32,000 bases of DNA from an uncultured Candidatus Micrarchaeota archaeon (lineage in GTDB: Archaea; Micrarchaeota; Micrarchaeia; Micrarchaeales; Micrarchaeaceae). The notes under the pieces were generated by a model. That model saw nothing but the letters and a program-made list of their open reading frames with translations. It ran no database searches and was not told where the DNA came from. A program made the translations under genes and the position numbers. Each line of letters begins with the position of its first letter. Position 1 is the stretch's first letter. Of this stretch, positions 1 to 7,840 are shown in pieces. The DNA lies in contig CAVUGN010000011.1 in the NCBI GenBank assembly GCA_963741095.1, forward strand, positions 9,326 to 41,325, given 5' to 3'.

Positions 1-1130
1 AAAACAGCACCGATGGGATATACGCCAGCATAGCCAACGTCACCTACGTGAACAGGAGCAACAGCCTCGAGGTGATTGTGACCTCCTCCTCGATACGTGT
101 GGCAGAAGTGCGCGTTGTTGGCAGCCCCAATGTTGCGATAGTGCCCAGCCAGTACGACAACGTGAGCATAAGCGGTCTTTCAATACTTCCCTTCTCGGTG
201 ATCCCAAAGGCTGCAGGAATCGTAGCCATAAACGCCGTCGCGGACTTTTACGGCACGAATGAAAGTGCAAGCATAAGCGCTTATGCGGAGAGCTATGCTG
301 TGCCATCCAACACAAACGGCACATCCGAGCAGGGCCCAGAATTTGCAGCTTCTCTGGCAAGGCGCAACGAGTCAATAATGTACCCGATAGGCGCGGGCAC
401 GGACACCTACACCGCTTCGATGTGGAGCCACTGCAGCGATCTGGACTGGGGGCACAACGAGATGCCGATGGCGGCGCAGTGCGGCGATGCCAACTGGTAC
501 TTCTGGGAGTTCGACTCCAACTGCTACTTCAACCAGGGCATCTATTACATAACCTACTGCGTGAAGCTGTATCCAACGAACACGACCGCCAGCATCATAC
601 GGGGCACGCAGTCCTACGGCTACAATGCCTCTCTCCTGCTGTACAACGGCACCGACCGCTTTTCTGCAGATCTGAACAACCTGAAGAACGCCTCGCAGCT
701 TTACGACAGCAGCGGCATGGCCGAAGGAAATGTGATTGTCAGCGAGGTGAGCGGCGTAGGCTCTCAGCAGTACAACGATTATGTGGTCCTCAACACCTCG
801 GGCAACACTCGGCCGATCAACATAAGCTACTACGACAACTATCTTCAATACCTGAACGGCCTTGAGGCCTTCCTGAACTACTACGGCACCGGCGCCGATC
901 CGGGCACAGCGACGCAGGACATAAGCTATTTGAACTCCGGCGCCTCGAATCTAATGGCCGCGCCGTCCGCGAAGGATGCACAGTGCCGCATAATGACGGA
1001 GCACAACCAGAGCTACTACTCCTGCGATCCCGTCTCCGGACTTTACTACACCATAAATGCTAGCATATCTTCTTCAAAGAGTCTCAACCAGTCCATAGTC
1101 CTGCAAGGTTCGACGATAAACATAAGGTAG
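1..1130 (+). CDS. Secreted/surface Asn-Ser-Thr-rich (probably N-glycosylated) protein, 5' end cut by the window edge
   Basis: The frame of ORF 48..1130 stays open back to nt 3 (NSTDGIYASIANVTY...), so the GTG at 48 is probably internal. It has at least a dozen N-x-S/T sequons and several Cys, and no enzyme motifs. The TAG stop at 1128-1130 abuts the next ATG at 1131. Confidence 0.55.
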   Translation, partial: NSTDGIYASIANVTYVNRSNSLEVIVTSSSIRVAEVRVVGSPNVAIVPSQYDNVSISGLSILPFSVIPKAAGIVAINAVADFYGTNESASISAYAESYAVPSNTNGTSEQGPEFAASLARRNESIMYPIGAGTDTYTASMWSHCSDLDWGHNEMPMAAQCGDANWYFWEFDSNCYFNQGIYYITYCVKLYPTNTTASIIRGTQSYGYNASLLLYNGTDRFSADLNNLKNASQLYDSSGMAEGNVIVSEVSGVGSQQYNDYVVLNTSGNTRPINISYYDNYLQYLNGLEAFLNYYGTGADPGTATQDISYLNSGASNLMAAPSAKDAQCRIMTEHNQSYYSCDPVSGLYYTINASISSSKSLNQSIVLQGSTINIR

Positions 1131-1529
1131 ATGTGCATGAAAGGCCAGATTGCATTGTTCGAAGTGTTCCTCTCGTCGCTGGTGCTCTCGACGCTGGTGT
1201 CGTTGCTCGCTGGCACGCTTTACGCCTCGCCGCTGACCACCGGTGCGTACAACTTCAACTACGGCAACCTGCTCTACGATTTCACCAACGCGTTCTACAA
1301 GAATAGCACCATATCGTCATGCTTCGCTTTCGGAAATTACACCTGCGAGTCCAACTTTATCAAATCAATGAAGTCTGTGTACGGCATGGGCTATGTCGAA
1401 TTCAACGCAGGCAACTCGACCATTCAATACGGAAACAAACTCCTTTGCAGGAGATCCGTGCGCGGATGCTTCCCCGTGGAAAAAGCAGGTTCGTACTCGA
1501 TAGCATGCGTGTACGCATGCGGTGCCTGA
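1131..1529 (+). CDS. Archaeal type IV pilin-like protein (class III signal peptide)
   Basis: The N-terminus MCMKGQ/IALFEVFLSSLVLSTLVSLLAG has a basic residue, then G-Q, then a hydrophobic helix, which is the pattern cleaved by archaeal prepilin peptidases. There is zero-nt spacing to both neighbouring genes. Confidence 0.5.
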   Translation: MCMKGQIALFEVFLSSLVLSTLVSLLAGTLYASPLTTGAYNFNYGNLLYDFTNAFYKNSTISSCFAFGNYTCESNFIKSMKSVYGMGYVEFNAGNSTIQYGNKLLCRRSVRGCFPVEKAGSYSIACVYACGA

Positions 1530-1850
1530 ATGGGATTCTACGGCATGCTTCTGGGCCTTACTCTGCTTTTTTCAGCGTTACTTGTGGCAAACTTGTCGCA
1601 AAAAACTTCGATGACGGCTAGTTTCTCTAACGACTTCAACTCCTACTCAAACATACAAAAGATAGAGATGTTCAAAAATATCATAGAAAGCACGCAGACC
1701 CAAAGCAACAGCATGGCATACCCCGATTGGCTCAATTCGCTGTGCACCAGCGCCAACATCGACGGTGTGAACATGAATGTCTCGAACGGCACCATACTGA
1801 TAAGCACAAAATCAATGCCAAAGGTCTACGCCGTGGTGCAAGTCGGTTAA
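1530..1850 (+). CDS. Small membrane-anchored protein of the pilin/surface operon
   Basis: It has an N-terminal hydrophobic segment (MGFYGMLLGLTLLFSALLVANL). Its ATG directly follows the TGA of the upstream gene. No recognisable domain. Confidence 0.4.
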   Translation: MGFYGMLLGLTLLFSALLVANLSQKTSMTASFSNDFNSYSNIQKIEMFKNIIESTQTQSNSMAYPDWLNSLCTSANIDGVNMNVSNGTILISTKSMPKVYAVVQVG

Positions 1851-1884
1851 GAATTAAAAGGGTTGTCCTGCATTATATAAGCAT

Positions 1885-1957
1885 GGCCTTAGTGGTGTAA
1901 CGGCTCGCACGGAAGACTGTGGATCTTCTAGCCCGGGTCCGACTCCCGGCTAAGGCC
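1885..1957 (+). tRNA. tRNA-His (GUG)
   Basis: Cloverleaf folded by hand. It has an encoded G-1 (1885), acceptor 1886-1892/1950-1956 and D stem 1895-1898/1907-1910. The anticodon stem is 1912-1916/1924-1928 with loop CTGTGGA (GTG at 1919-1921), and the T stem is 1933-1937/1945-1949. C1957 can pair with G-1. CCA is not encoded. Confidence 0.85.
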
Positions 1958-2007
1958 CATTTACGCTAAGACGGGAACAGAATTGTACTAACCCATATTG
2001 CGGTAAT

Positions 2008-2613
2008 TTGATGGAATTCGAATTTGATAGTAAAAATTTAAAGTTCGATAAAGTGCTCTCTGAGTTAGATAAGCTCGTACTAGATTTTGTAAGCCTTCTG
2101 ACTCTTTCCAAGATCAAGTATGTGCTAGTTAGCGGTTATGTGGCAATCCTTTTAGGCAGAACCAGAACAACTGAAGACATAGATCTTTTTATAGAAAAAG
2201 TGGATATGTGGCCTTTTACTGAGTTCTTCAATTTGCTAGAAAAACACAACTATTGGGTAATAAATTCAGATTCATGCGAAGACGCATTCGATATGCTCAA
2301 CAGCGCACTGTCTATTAGAATAGCAAAAAAGGGCGATGCAGTACCAAATTTTGAAGTTAAGTTTGCAAAAAAAGACATAGATTTCCTATCTTTGAACAAC
2401 CCGCTTAAAGTTACCTTGAATAATCACAAGCTACTGATGTCCCCCCTGGAGATACAAATACCTTTCAAAATATACTTGGGGAGCGAAAAGGATATAGAGG
2501 ATGCAACACACATATATGAACTGTTCAAAGAAAAACTTGACAAAAAACTAATGGAAAATATCGCAAATAAACTGAAAGTAAAAGAAATGATGATAGAATA
2601 TGGAATGCTCTAA
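2008..2613 (+). CDS. Nucleotidyltransferase-fold protein (AbiEii/DUF6036-like minimal NTase)
   Basis: The motif VSGYVAILLGRTRTTEDIDLFI fits the G-x...R-x-T-x-D-I-D-L pattern of Pol-beta-superfamily NTases. It lies in an AT-rich islet next to tRNA-His. Confidence 0.45.
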   Translation: MMEFEFDSKNLKFDKVLSELDKLVLDFVSLLTLSKIKYVLVSGYVAILLGRTRTTEDIDLFIEKVDMWPFTEFFNLLEKHNYWVINSDSCEDAFDMLNSALSIRIAKKGDAVPNFEVKFAKKDIDFLSLNNPLKVTLNNHKLLMSPLEIQIPFKIYLGSEKDIEDATHIYELFKEKLDKKLMENIANKLKVKEMMIEYGML

Positions 2614-2839
2614 ACGTGATACAAAAGAAAGGCTAAATTTTGTCCGATTTTGGGCAGACTACGTTAAACACGCGCCGAACGACGTATGGTCAAAACAGCA
2701 GAATGTACTAATAAATTCTGTAATGAAATCTGCAAGCCAAGACGTTATATTGTACTTAAAAGTAAAAAAATCTGTAGCGGCTTCAATCAGAACGCTAAAT
2801 CGCTTATCAAAGGCCCAGTCAAAACATATCATTCCCTAA
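2600..2839 (+). CDS. Hypothetical small protein overlapping the NTase gene end
   Basis: 79-aa ORF with a 14-nt overlap with 2008..2613 and the same AT-rich composition. No motif recognised. Confidence 0.3.
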   Translation: MECSKRDTKERLNFVRFWADYVKHAPNDVWSKQQNVLINSVMKSASQDVILYLKVKKSVAASIRTLNRLSKAQSKHIIP

Positions 2840-2887
2840 TCCTGCTGAAGATGAAGCATAATTATAAGTATTATTTACCCCGATTCA

Positions 2888-3574
2888 ATGAACATGGCCT
2901 TCACACTTCGGACTCAAAATGAGCGCGTGCATAATGTGCGCCTTATTGCTTCCGACTGGAGCGGTGTGATAAGCGACGACAGGCGGCCGGTGTACGAATC
3001 GAACATGCGGTTGTTTGAAGCGCATGGGAAAACCCGCGTCCCTTTCGAAAAATGGCTGCCAGAGACGACGCTGACGCCAATAGAATCTTTTGCAAAGCAT
3101 GGAATCACTGGTGATCCGAAAACGCTCTTCGATGAGTACAGGAGCGCCTATGCGAAAGTGAAAAGCGAAGGGCTGAATCCTAAAGCGTACCCTGATTCGA
3201 AGACGGTACTGAAATTCCTATTCGACATCGGATTTCCCGTGGTCGTCATAAGCAGCCATCCGAGCGAGCATCTTATGGACGAGGCTTTGGAGTACGGCGT
3301 AAAGGGCTACATACGGTCATTCCTGGGGAATGTTAACGACAAAACGAGCGGGCTTTTGAGGGTCTGCCTCGGAATAGGCGAAAAACCCACCGATGCCATA
3401 TATCTTGGTGATACTGTTTACGACATCCGGGCAGCAAAGAAAGCCGGAGTGCATTCTGTCGGCGTGGCTACCGGCTATCATACTAAGGAAAGGCTAGTAG
3501 ATGAAAATCCAGACTTCGTAGTGGACTCATTGACAGAATTCCAGAATACGATCACCAAATTTTTGAGAAGATAG
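2888..3574 (+). CDS. HAD-superfamily hydrolase (phosphatase, PGP/Gph-like)
   Basis: HAD motifs occur in order: IASDWSGVISDD (motif I variant), VVVISSHP (motif II), K-x...GDTVYDIRAAKKAG (motifs III/IV). Confidence 0.75.
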   Translation: MNMAFTLRTQNERVHNVRLIASDWSGVISDDRRPVYESNMRLFEAHGKTRVPFEKWLPETTLTPIESFAKHGITGDPKTLFDEYRSAYAKVKSEGLNPKAYPDSKTVLKFLFDIGFPVVVISSHPSEHLMDEALEYGVKGYIRSFLGNVNDKTSGLLRVCLGIGEKPTDAIYLGDTVYDIRAAKKAGVHSVGVATGYHTKERLVDENPDFVVDSLTEFQNTITKFLRR

Positions 3575-3590
3575 GCTGCTGTAAAAGATC

Positions 3591-5114
3591 TCAGAAGACG
3601 TTGAGCGCCCACCATCGCATTATCTTCTTCAATTGGATCCTCCACGCGCTTGTGTTCTTCTTTATGTCGTTTACCATCGACTTGTAGATCACTTTCTCCT
3701 GCGCGTCGAGCTTGCCCTCCTTGACTATCTCCTGCTTCTTGCCGTCAACTATCTGCGTTTCCGTCTTGCTTATGACGTCCTTCTTCACCATCGAGTACCA
3801 TTCGTCGAGGCTGCTGCCGCCGAAGTCCTTGTCCTTCAGCGTGGCGAGCACGTCCCCCATCGTCAGCTTCCTGCCCTTCTTGGTCTCGTACTCATGAAGC
3901 AGCGGGCGCATCGCAGCTCTGTCGACCGCGCGCTCTATGTCCGCCGGCGAATAACCCGCTGTCGCCCTGGCAAGCCTGCCGTAGCCCATGTGGCCCCTCG
4001 GCTTGTTTCTGGTGTAGTACTCGAACATCGCCTTCCTGTGCTTGTATTTCGGCGGCGAAAGGTACACGCTGTCGCCGAACCTTCCCGACCTCTTGAGCGC
4101 AGGGTCTATGTCCCACGGCTGGTTCGTCGCGCCTATGACGTATATGCCCTCAGGGTTCGATTCGACGCCATTCATCTCGACCAGGAACTGGTTGACCGCA
4201 AGCCTCATCGCCTGGCTCTCTCCGCCTTCGCCACCGCCTCCTCCGCCTCTCTTGACTCCGAGCGCATCGAGCTCGTCGAAGAATATGATGCAGGGCGTGC
4301 TCTTCCTCGCCTGCTCGAATATCGCGTGCAGGTTCTTCTCGGTGTTGCCCGTGTACATGTCTATGATCTGGTTTATCCTTGCTATGATCACGTTTGCCTG
4401 CGCCTCTCCTGCTATCGCATTGACTATGTGGGTTTTTCCGACTCCGGGCGGGCCGTACAGCAAAAGACCGACCCCAAGCTTCTTGCCGTACTTCTTGAAG
4501 AGCGCAGGCTCCTTTATCGCAAGTATTATGTTGTCCTGAAGGAACTTCTTCGTCTTGTCAAGCCCTATCACCGAATCGAACTTGACCTTGGACTTGTAGA
4601 ACGATAATTTCTTTATCTGGCCCTCCTCTATCTTCTCCTCGCCAGCCTCCTTCATGCTCGTTTCCTCCTTGACGCCCATCGCCTCGGCGTGTATGAGCGA
4701 GTCTATGCGCTCCAGTCTGTTTTTCGCCTCGACGTAGTCCGGCTTGTTCGACAAGGATTTCTCATACCAGCGCTTCGCCTCGACGTAGTCCTTCGCGCCT
4801 TCGGCCATGTCCCCTATGAGCAGCGGCGCGTCCGCGCTGGCCGGCTGCAGCTTCAGGACCACCTCAAGGTCGTCCCTCGCCGCGGAGAAGTTGTTCATGA
4901 CCCTTTCGGTCAGGGCCCTGTTGAAATAAGCGTCAGCGTAATTCTTGTCTATCCCTATGGCTGTGGTGTACTCCTTCACGGCATCCGCGAACTTGCTCTC
5001 CTCGAAGAATGAGTTGCCCGCTTTCCAGTGCTCCTTCGCCTCGGGATTGACCACCCAGCCTACGCTGGACTTGCCCGGCTCCTGGGTCTCCTTCGGTTCC
5101 GCCGCGTCCGCCAT
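3591..5114 (-). CDS. AAA+ ATPase with N-terminal TPR repeats
   Basis: Walker A GPPGVGKT, Walker B IIFFDELDA, and second region of homology (GATNQPWDIDPALKRSGRF). The N-terminal ~130 aa have TPR-like repeats (YADAYFNRA..., AKRWYEKSL...). Confidence 0.85.
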   Translation of the reverse strand: MADAAEPKETQEPGKSSVGWVVNPEAKEHWKAGNSFFEESKFADAVKEYTTAIGIDKNYADAYFNRALTERVMNNFSAARDDLEVVLKLQPASADAPLLIGDMAEGAKDYVEAKRWYEKSLSNKPDYVEAKNRLERIDSLIHAEAMGVKEETSMKEAGEEKIEEGQIKKLSFYKSKVKFDSVIGLDKTKKFLQDNIILAIKEPALFKKYGKKLGVGLLLYGPPGVGKTHIVNAIAGEAQANVIIARINQIIDMYTGNTEKNLHAIFEQARKSTPCIIFFDELDALGVKRGGGGGGEGGESQAMRLAVNQFLVEMNGVESNPEGIYVIGATNQPWDIDPALKRSGRFGDSVYLSPPKYKHRKAMFEYYTRNKPRGHMGYGRLARATAGYSPADIERAVDRAAMRPLLHEYETKKGRKLTMGDVLATLKDKDFGGSSLDEWYSMVKKDVISKTETQIVDGKKQEIVKEGKLDAQEKVIYKSMVNDIKKNTSAWRIQLKKIMRWWALNVF

Positions 5115-5117
5115 AAG

Positions 5118-5600
5118 TCAGTCGACCTTTATAATAGTCTGACCGTTGTCTAATTTATACCTTTCTTGGACGCCCATCTTCTCCATCCTGTCGAGAAGGG
5201 CGTTGAGCTGTTTGTCCACCTGGACTATGCCCTTGTCCTCCCTTCTCGTGTTAACAAATTCCAGTTTCTTGAAATGCGACGCAAGCGTTCTCACGATCCC
5301 GTTCATCTCCATGAGCTTGCCGGATTTGACCTTGTACCTGCCGTTTATCTGCCTTATCACCAGTTCGCTGTCCGAGTACAGCCTTATGTCCGTCTCCTTC
5401 GGATCCTTCAGGCTGTCCCTACACCATTCCAGCGCCAATATCACCGCCCTGTACTCTGCGTAGTTGTTAGTCTCGACCCCGTTGTAGGAGAAATGCTTTG
5501 AAACGACCTTGCCGTCCCTGTGGGCCATGTACCCAGAAGCGCTTGGCCCCGGATTGCCTCTCGCAGCCCCGTCGGTGTATAATGTAATCATGCCTTGCAA
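5118..5600 (-). CDS. rnhA: Ribonuclease HI
   Basis: ITLYTDGAARGNPGPSASGY..., NNYAEYRAVILALE and YSDSELVIRQ match the DEDD-type RNase H1 core. The real start may be the Met 3 codons in (MITLYTDG). Its stop lies 3 nt before the AAA ATPase start. Confidence 0.85.
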   Translation of the reverse strand: MQGMITLYTDGAARGNPGPSASGYMAHRDGKVVSKHFSYNGVETNNYAEYRAVILALEWCRDSLKDPKETDIRLYSDSELVIRQINGRYKVKSGKLMEMNGIVRTLASHFKKLEFVNTRREDKGIVQVDKQLNALLDRMEKMGVQERYKLDNGQTIIKVD

Positions 5601-5632
5601 GTTCGCACCCAGAACATAATTACCTGCAGATA

Positions 5633-5639
5633 TTTATAA
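5633..5639. promoter_or_regulatory. TATA-box-like element in the rnhA / AMMECR1 divergent intergenic region
   Basis: TTTATAA lies 31-37 nt upstream of ATG 5670 and at a comparable distance from the rnhA start on the other strand. The surrounding stretch atatttataat is near-palindromic. Confidence 0.35.
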
Positions 5640-5669
5640 TTGACCTGAGATTTCGATAGCAGTGGGCCG

Positions 5670-6278
5670 ATGCACATATACGGCGTGGATGACGGCACGG
5701 AGCTGGTGAAGGCAGCAAGGGGCAGCATCGAGCTCTACCTCACCACAAGGAACTTCGAGAACAGCGTGGTGACCAAGAGCACCTCGAAGTTCGTGGAGAA
5801 GTACGGGATATTCGTCACTCTGGAGAATTACCAGACCGGAGAGCTGCGCGGCTGCATAGGCTTTCCAAGAGGAGGATCGCCTATAAGCGAGAGCGTGGTC
5901 GAGGCATCGATCGCCGCAGCCTTCGAGGATCCAAGGTTCGTGCCCGTGTCAAAGGCGGAGCTGGACGATATCCTGATCAGCGTCAGCATACTCTCAGAGC
6001 CGGTTCCGATAAAGGGCGGAGCCGCGGAGCGAAAGAAGAGCATAAAGATCGGCCGAGACGGGCTGATTGTTGAGTACGGCCATTATAGCGGCCTTTTGCT
6101 GCCGATAGTCGCGGTGGAGCAGAAATGGGACGAGGAGCAGTTCCTGAACGAGGTGTGCGTAAAAGGAGGGATTCCCGCCAACTACTGGCTGCAACCCAAC
6201 GTAAACCTCTACAAGTTCGAGACCCAGGTCTTCAAGGAGGAGACCCCCGGGGGCAGGATAGTCGAGCTGCAGTATTGA
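5670..6278 (+). CDS. AMMECR1-domain protein (AmmeMemoRadiSam system protein A-like)
   Basis: Signature LRGCIGFP plus FEDPRF, with length (~200 aa) typical of the archaeal AMMECR1 family. Confidence 0.85.
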   Translation: MHIYGVDDGTELVKAARGSIELYLTTRNFENSVVTKSTSKFVEKYGIFVTLENYQTGELRGCIGFPRGGSPISESVVEASIAAAFEDPRFVPVSKAELDDILISVSILSEPVPIKGGAAERKKSIKIGRDGLIVEYGHYSGLLLPIVAVEQKWDEEQFLNEVCVKGGIPANYWLQPNVNLYKFETQVFKEETPGGRIVELQY

Positions 6279-6396
6279 TGGCAAAATCCGTTCGCGCCGC
6301 TCATCCGCAACATCGATGAAACAGAATGGATTTTAAAGTATCGTACGCTTAAATTTAATCGGCAAGACGCAGTCATGCCCACTAGGGAAAGATATC

Positions 6397-7215
6397 ATGG
6401 AAGAATACAGGGATCTAGACATCCTTTCAAAAAAAATAATCATAGCCGATCTCGACGGCACCCTAGCCGAGAGCAAGAGCGACATGGACAAAGAGATGTC
6501 GGACATCATCGTGAAGCTCCTGAAATACAAGGCGTTCGCGGTGATAAGCGGCGGTGCGTACTCTCAATTCCAGATACAGTTCGTCAAAAACCTATCATGC
6601 CCCGAGGACCTGATATCGCGGCTGTACCTTTTTCCGACCTGCGCCACCACGTTCTACATGCACAAGAATGGAACGTGGAAACAGATCTACTCGGAAGACC
6701 TGTCGAGCGATGAGAAAAGCAGGATATTCAACGCTTTCGATGTCGCGCTCAAGAAGACTGGCTTCAAGAGGCCGGAAACGCTGCACGGGGATCTCATAGA
6801 AGACCGAGGCACGCAGATCACCTTCTCCGCGTTCGGGCAAAAAGCGCCCCTCACGCTGAAAAAGGCCTGGGATCCAGACACCAAGAAGAGGAACGCGATA
6901 GTCAATTGCATGAAAGAGCTGATACCAGATCTGGAGATCAGGATAGGCGGCTCGACATCGATAGACGTTACAAAGAGAGGAATAGACAAGGCGTACGGAA
7001 TAAAGAAGATAAGCGAACACCTGGACTACAAGATAAGCGAGATGCTGTTCGTGGGCGACGCGCTGTTCAAGGGCGGCAACGACTATCCGGTAAAAGAGGC
7101 CGGCGTCGACTGCGTGAGCGTGAACGGGCCTTCCGAGGCCAAGCGCCTATTCACGGAAATAATAAGGATAAGCGAAGTCGGCGGAAGGAGCCACGCAAGA
7201 TCGCTGCTCGAATAG
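6397..7215 (+). CDS. HAD-IIB family hydrolase (Cof/phosphomannomutase-like)
   Basis: IIIADLDGTLAES (motif I DxDGT), VISGG (motif II), a cap-domain-sized insert, GGSTSIDVTKRGIDKAYG, and FVGDALFKGGNDYP (motif IV). Confidence 0.75.
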   Translation: MEEYRDLDILSKKIIIADLDGTLAESKSDMDKEMSDIIVKLLKYKAFAVISGGAYSQFQIQFVKNLSCPEDLISRLYLFPTCATTFYMHKNGTWKQIYSEDLSSDEKSRIFNAFDVALKKTGFKRPETLHGDLIEDRGTQITFSAFGQKAPLTLKKAWDPDTKKRNAIVNCMKELIPDLEIRIGGSTSIDVTKRGIDKAYGIKKISEHLDYKISEMLFVGDALFKGGNDYPVKEAGVDCVSVNGPSEAKRLFTEIIRISEVGGRSHARSLLE

Positions 7216-7251
7216 GATAGTGATAAAAAGGTTCAAATTCATGATTTAGTG

Positions 7252-7326
7252 GGGCTCGTAGCTTAGCCTGGTTGGAGCGCTCGACTGATAATCGGGAGGT
7301 CCGGAGTTCAAATCTCCGCGAGCCCA
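7252..7326 (+). tRNA. tRNA-Ile (GAU)
   Basis: Acceptor 7252-7258/7319-7325, D stem 7261-7264/7275-7278, and anticodon stem 7280-7284/7292-7296 with loop CTGATAA (GAT at 7287-7289). The T arm is CGGAG-TTCAAAT-CTCCG and the discriminator is A7326. Confidence 0.9.
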
Positions 7327-7348
7327 TCATAATAAACGGTAATCCGGC

Positions 7349-7840
7349 ATGACGAAAAAACTCAGGATCGGGTGGTTCTCCTTCACCTGCTGCGAAGACA
7401 GCACGATGATATGGATAGAGCTGATGAACGAAAACTTCTTCAAGTGGAAGGAGCTCCTTGACATACGCTACGCAAGAGCGCTGAAAAGGAACAACAAGAT
7501 AAAGGACCTTGACGTCGCCTTCGTGGAGGGGGCCATAACAACCGAAAAGGACGCCAGGAGGCTGTTGATGATAAGAAAGAACTCAAAGAAGCTGGTCGCG
7601 ATAGGCTCCTGCGCGGTCAATGGCATGCCCGCTGCGCAGAGGAACCTTTTCGATGCCGAACTGAGGAAGGAGATAGAATTCCTGATAGAAAGGTTCAAGC
7701 AGACTGACAAGGTAAGGGCGGTCAAGGACGTGGTAACCATAGACGACGCGGTCCAAGGGTGCCCGATGGCGGAAGAGGCATTCCTGAGCGTGCTTGACAA
7801 GTACCTGAGGGAATTTGGTGTTATAAATGCACAGGGATGA
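7349..7840 (+). CDS. [NiFe]-hydrogenase small subunit, short group-3-like form
   Basis: Cys motifs occur in the expected order (FTCCEDS, GSCAVNG, VQGCPM). At 163 aa it is compatible with a proximal-cluster-only small subunit of the HoxY/delta type. It overlaps the large-subunit gene by 14 nt. Confidence 0.8.
   Translation: MTKKLRIGWFSFTCCEDSTMIWIELMNENFFKWKELLDIRYARALKRNNKIKDLDVAFVEGAITTEKDARRLLMIRKNSKKLVAIGSCAVNGMPAAQRNLFDAELRKEIEFLIERFKQTDKVRAVKDVVTIDDAVQGCPMAEEAFLSVLDKYLREFGVINAQG

Noticed and set aside
1873-1880. TTATATAA upstream of tRNA-His as its promoter
   Set aside because: It ends only ~5 nt before the mature 5' end (G-1 at 1885). Archaeal TATA boxes sit ~25-30 nt upstream of the transcription start, so this cannot drive a transcript starting at or before the tRNA unless the geometry is unusual.
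2686-2922. 78-aa alternative-frame ORF spanning the islet/HAD junction
   Set aside because: It overlaps both the 79-aa ORF and the start of the HAD gene in a different frame and has no motif. It is probably spurious.
3633-4607. 324-aa ORF antisense to the AAA ATPase gene, with similar antisense or alt-frame ORFs at 372..848, 9503..10243, 15131..15625, 15340..16044, 12557..13078 and 19498..19974
   Set aside because: These have low-complexity, Arg/Leu/Val-rich composition and no motifs. Each is fully contained in a gene with strong homology signals on the other strand or frame.
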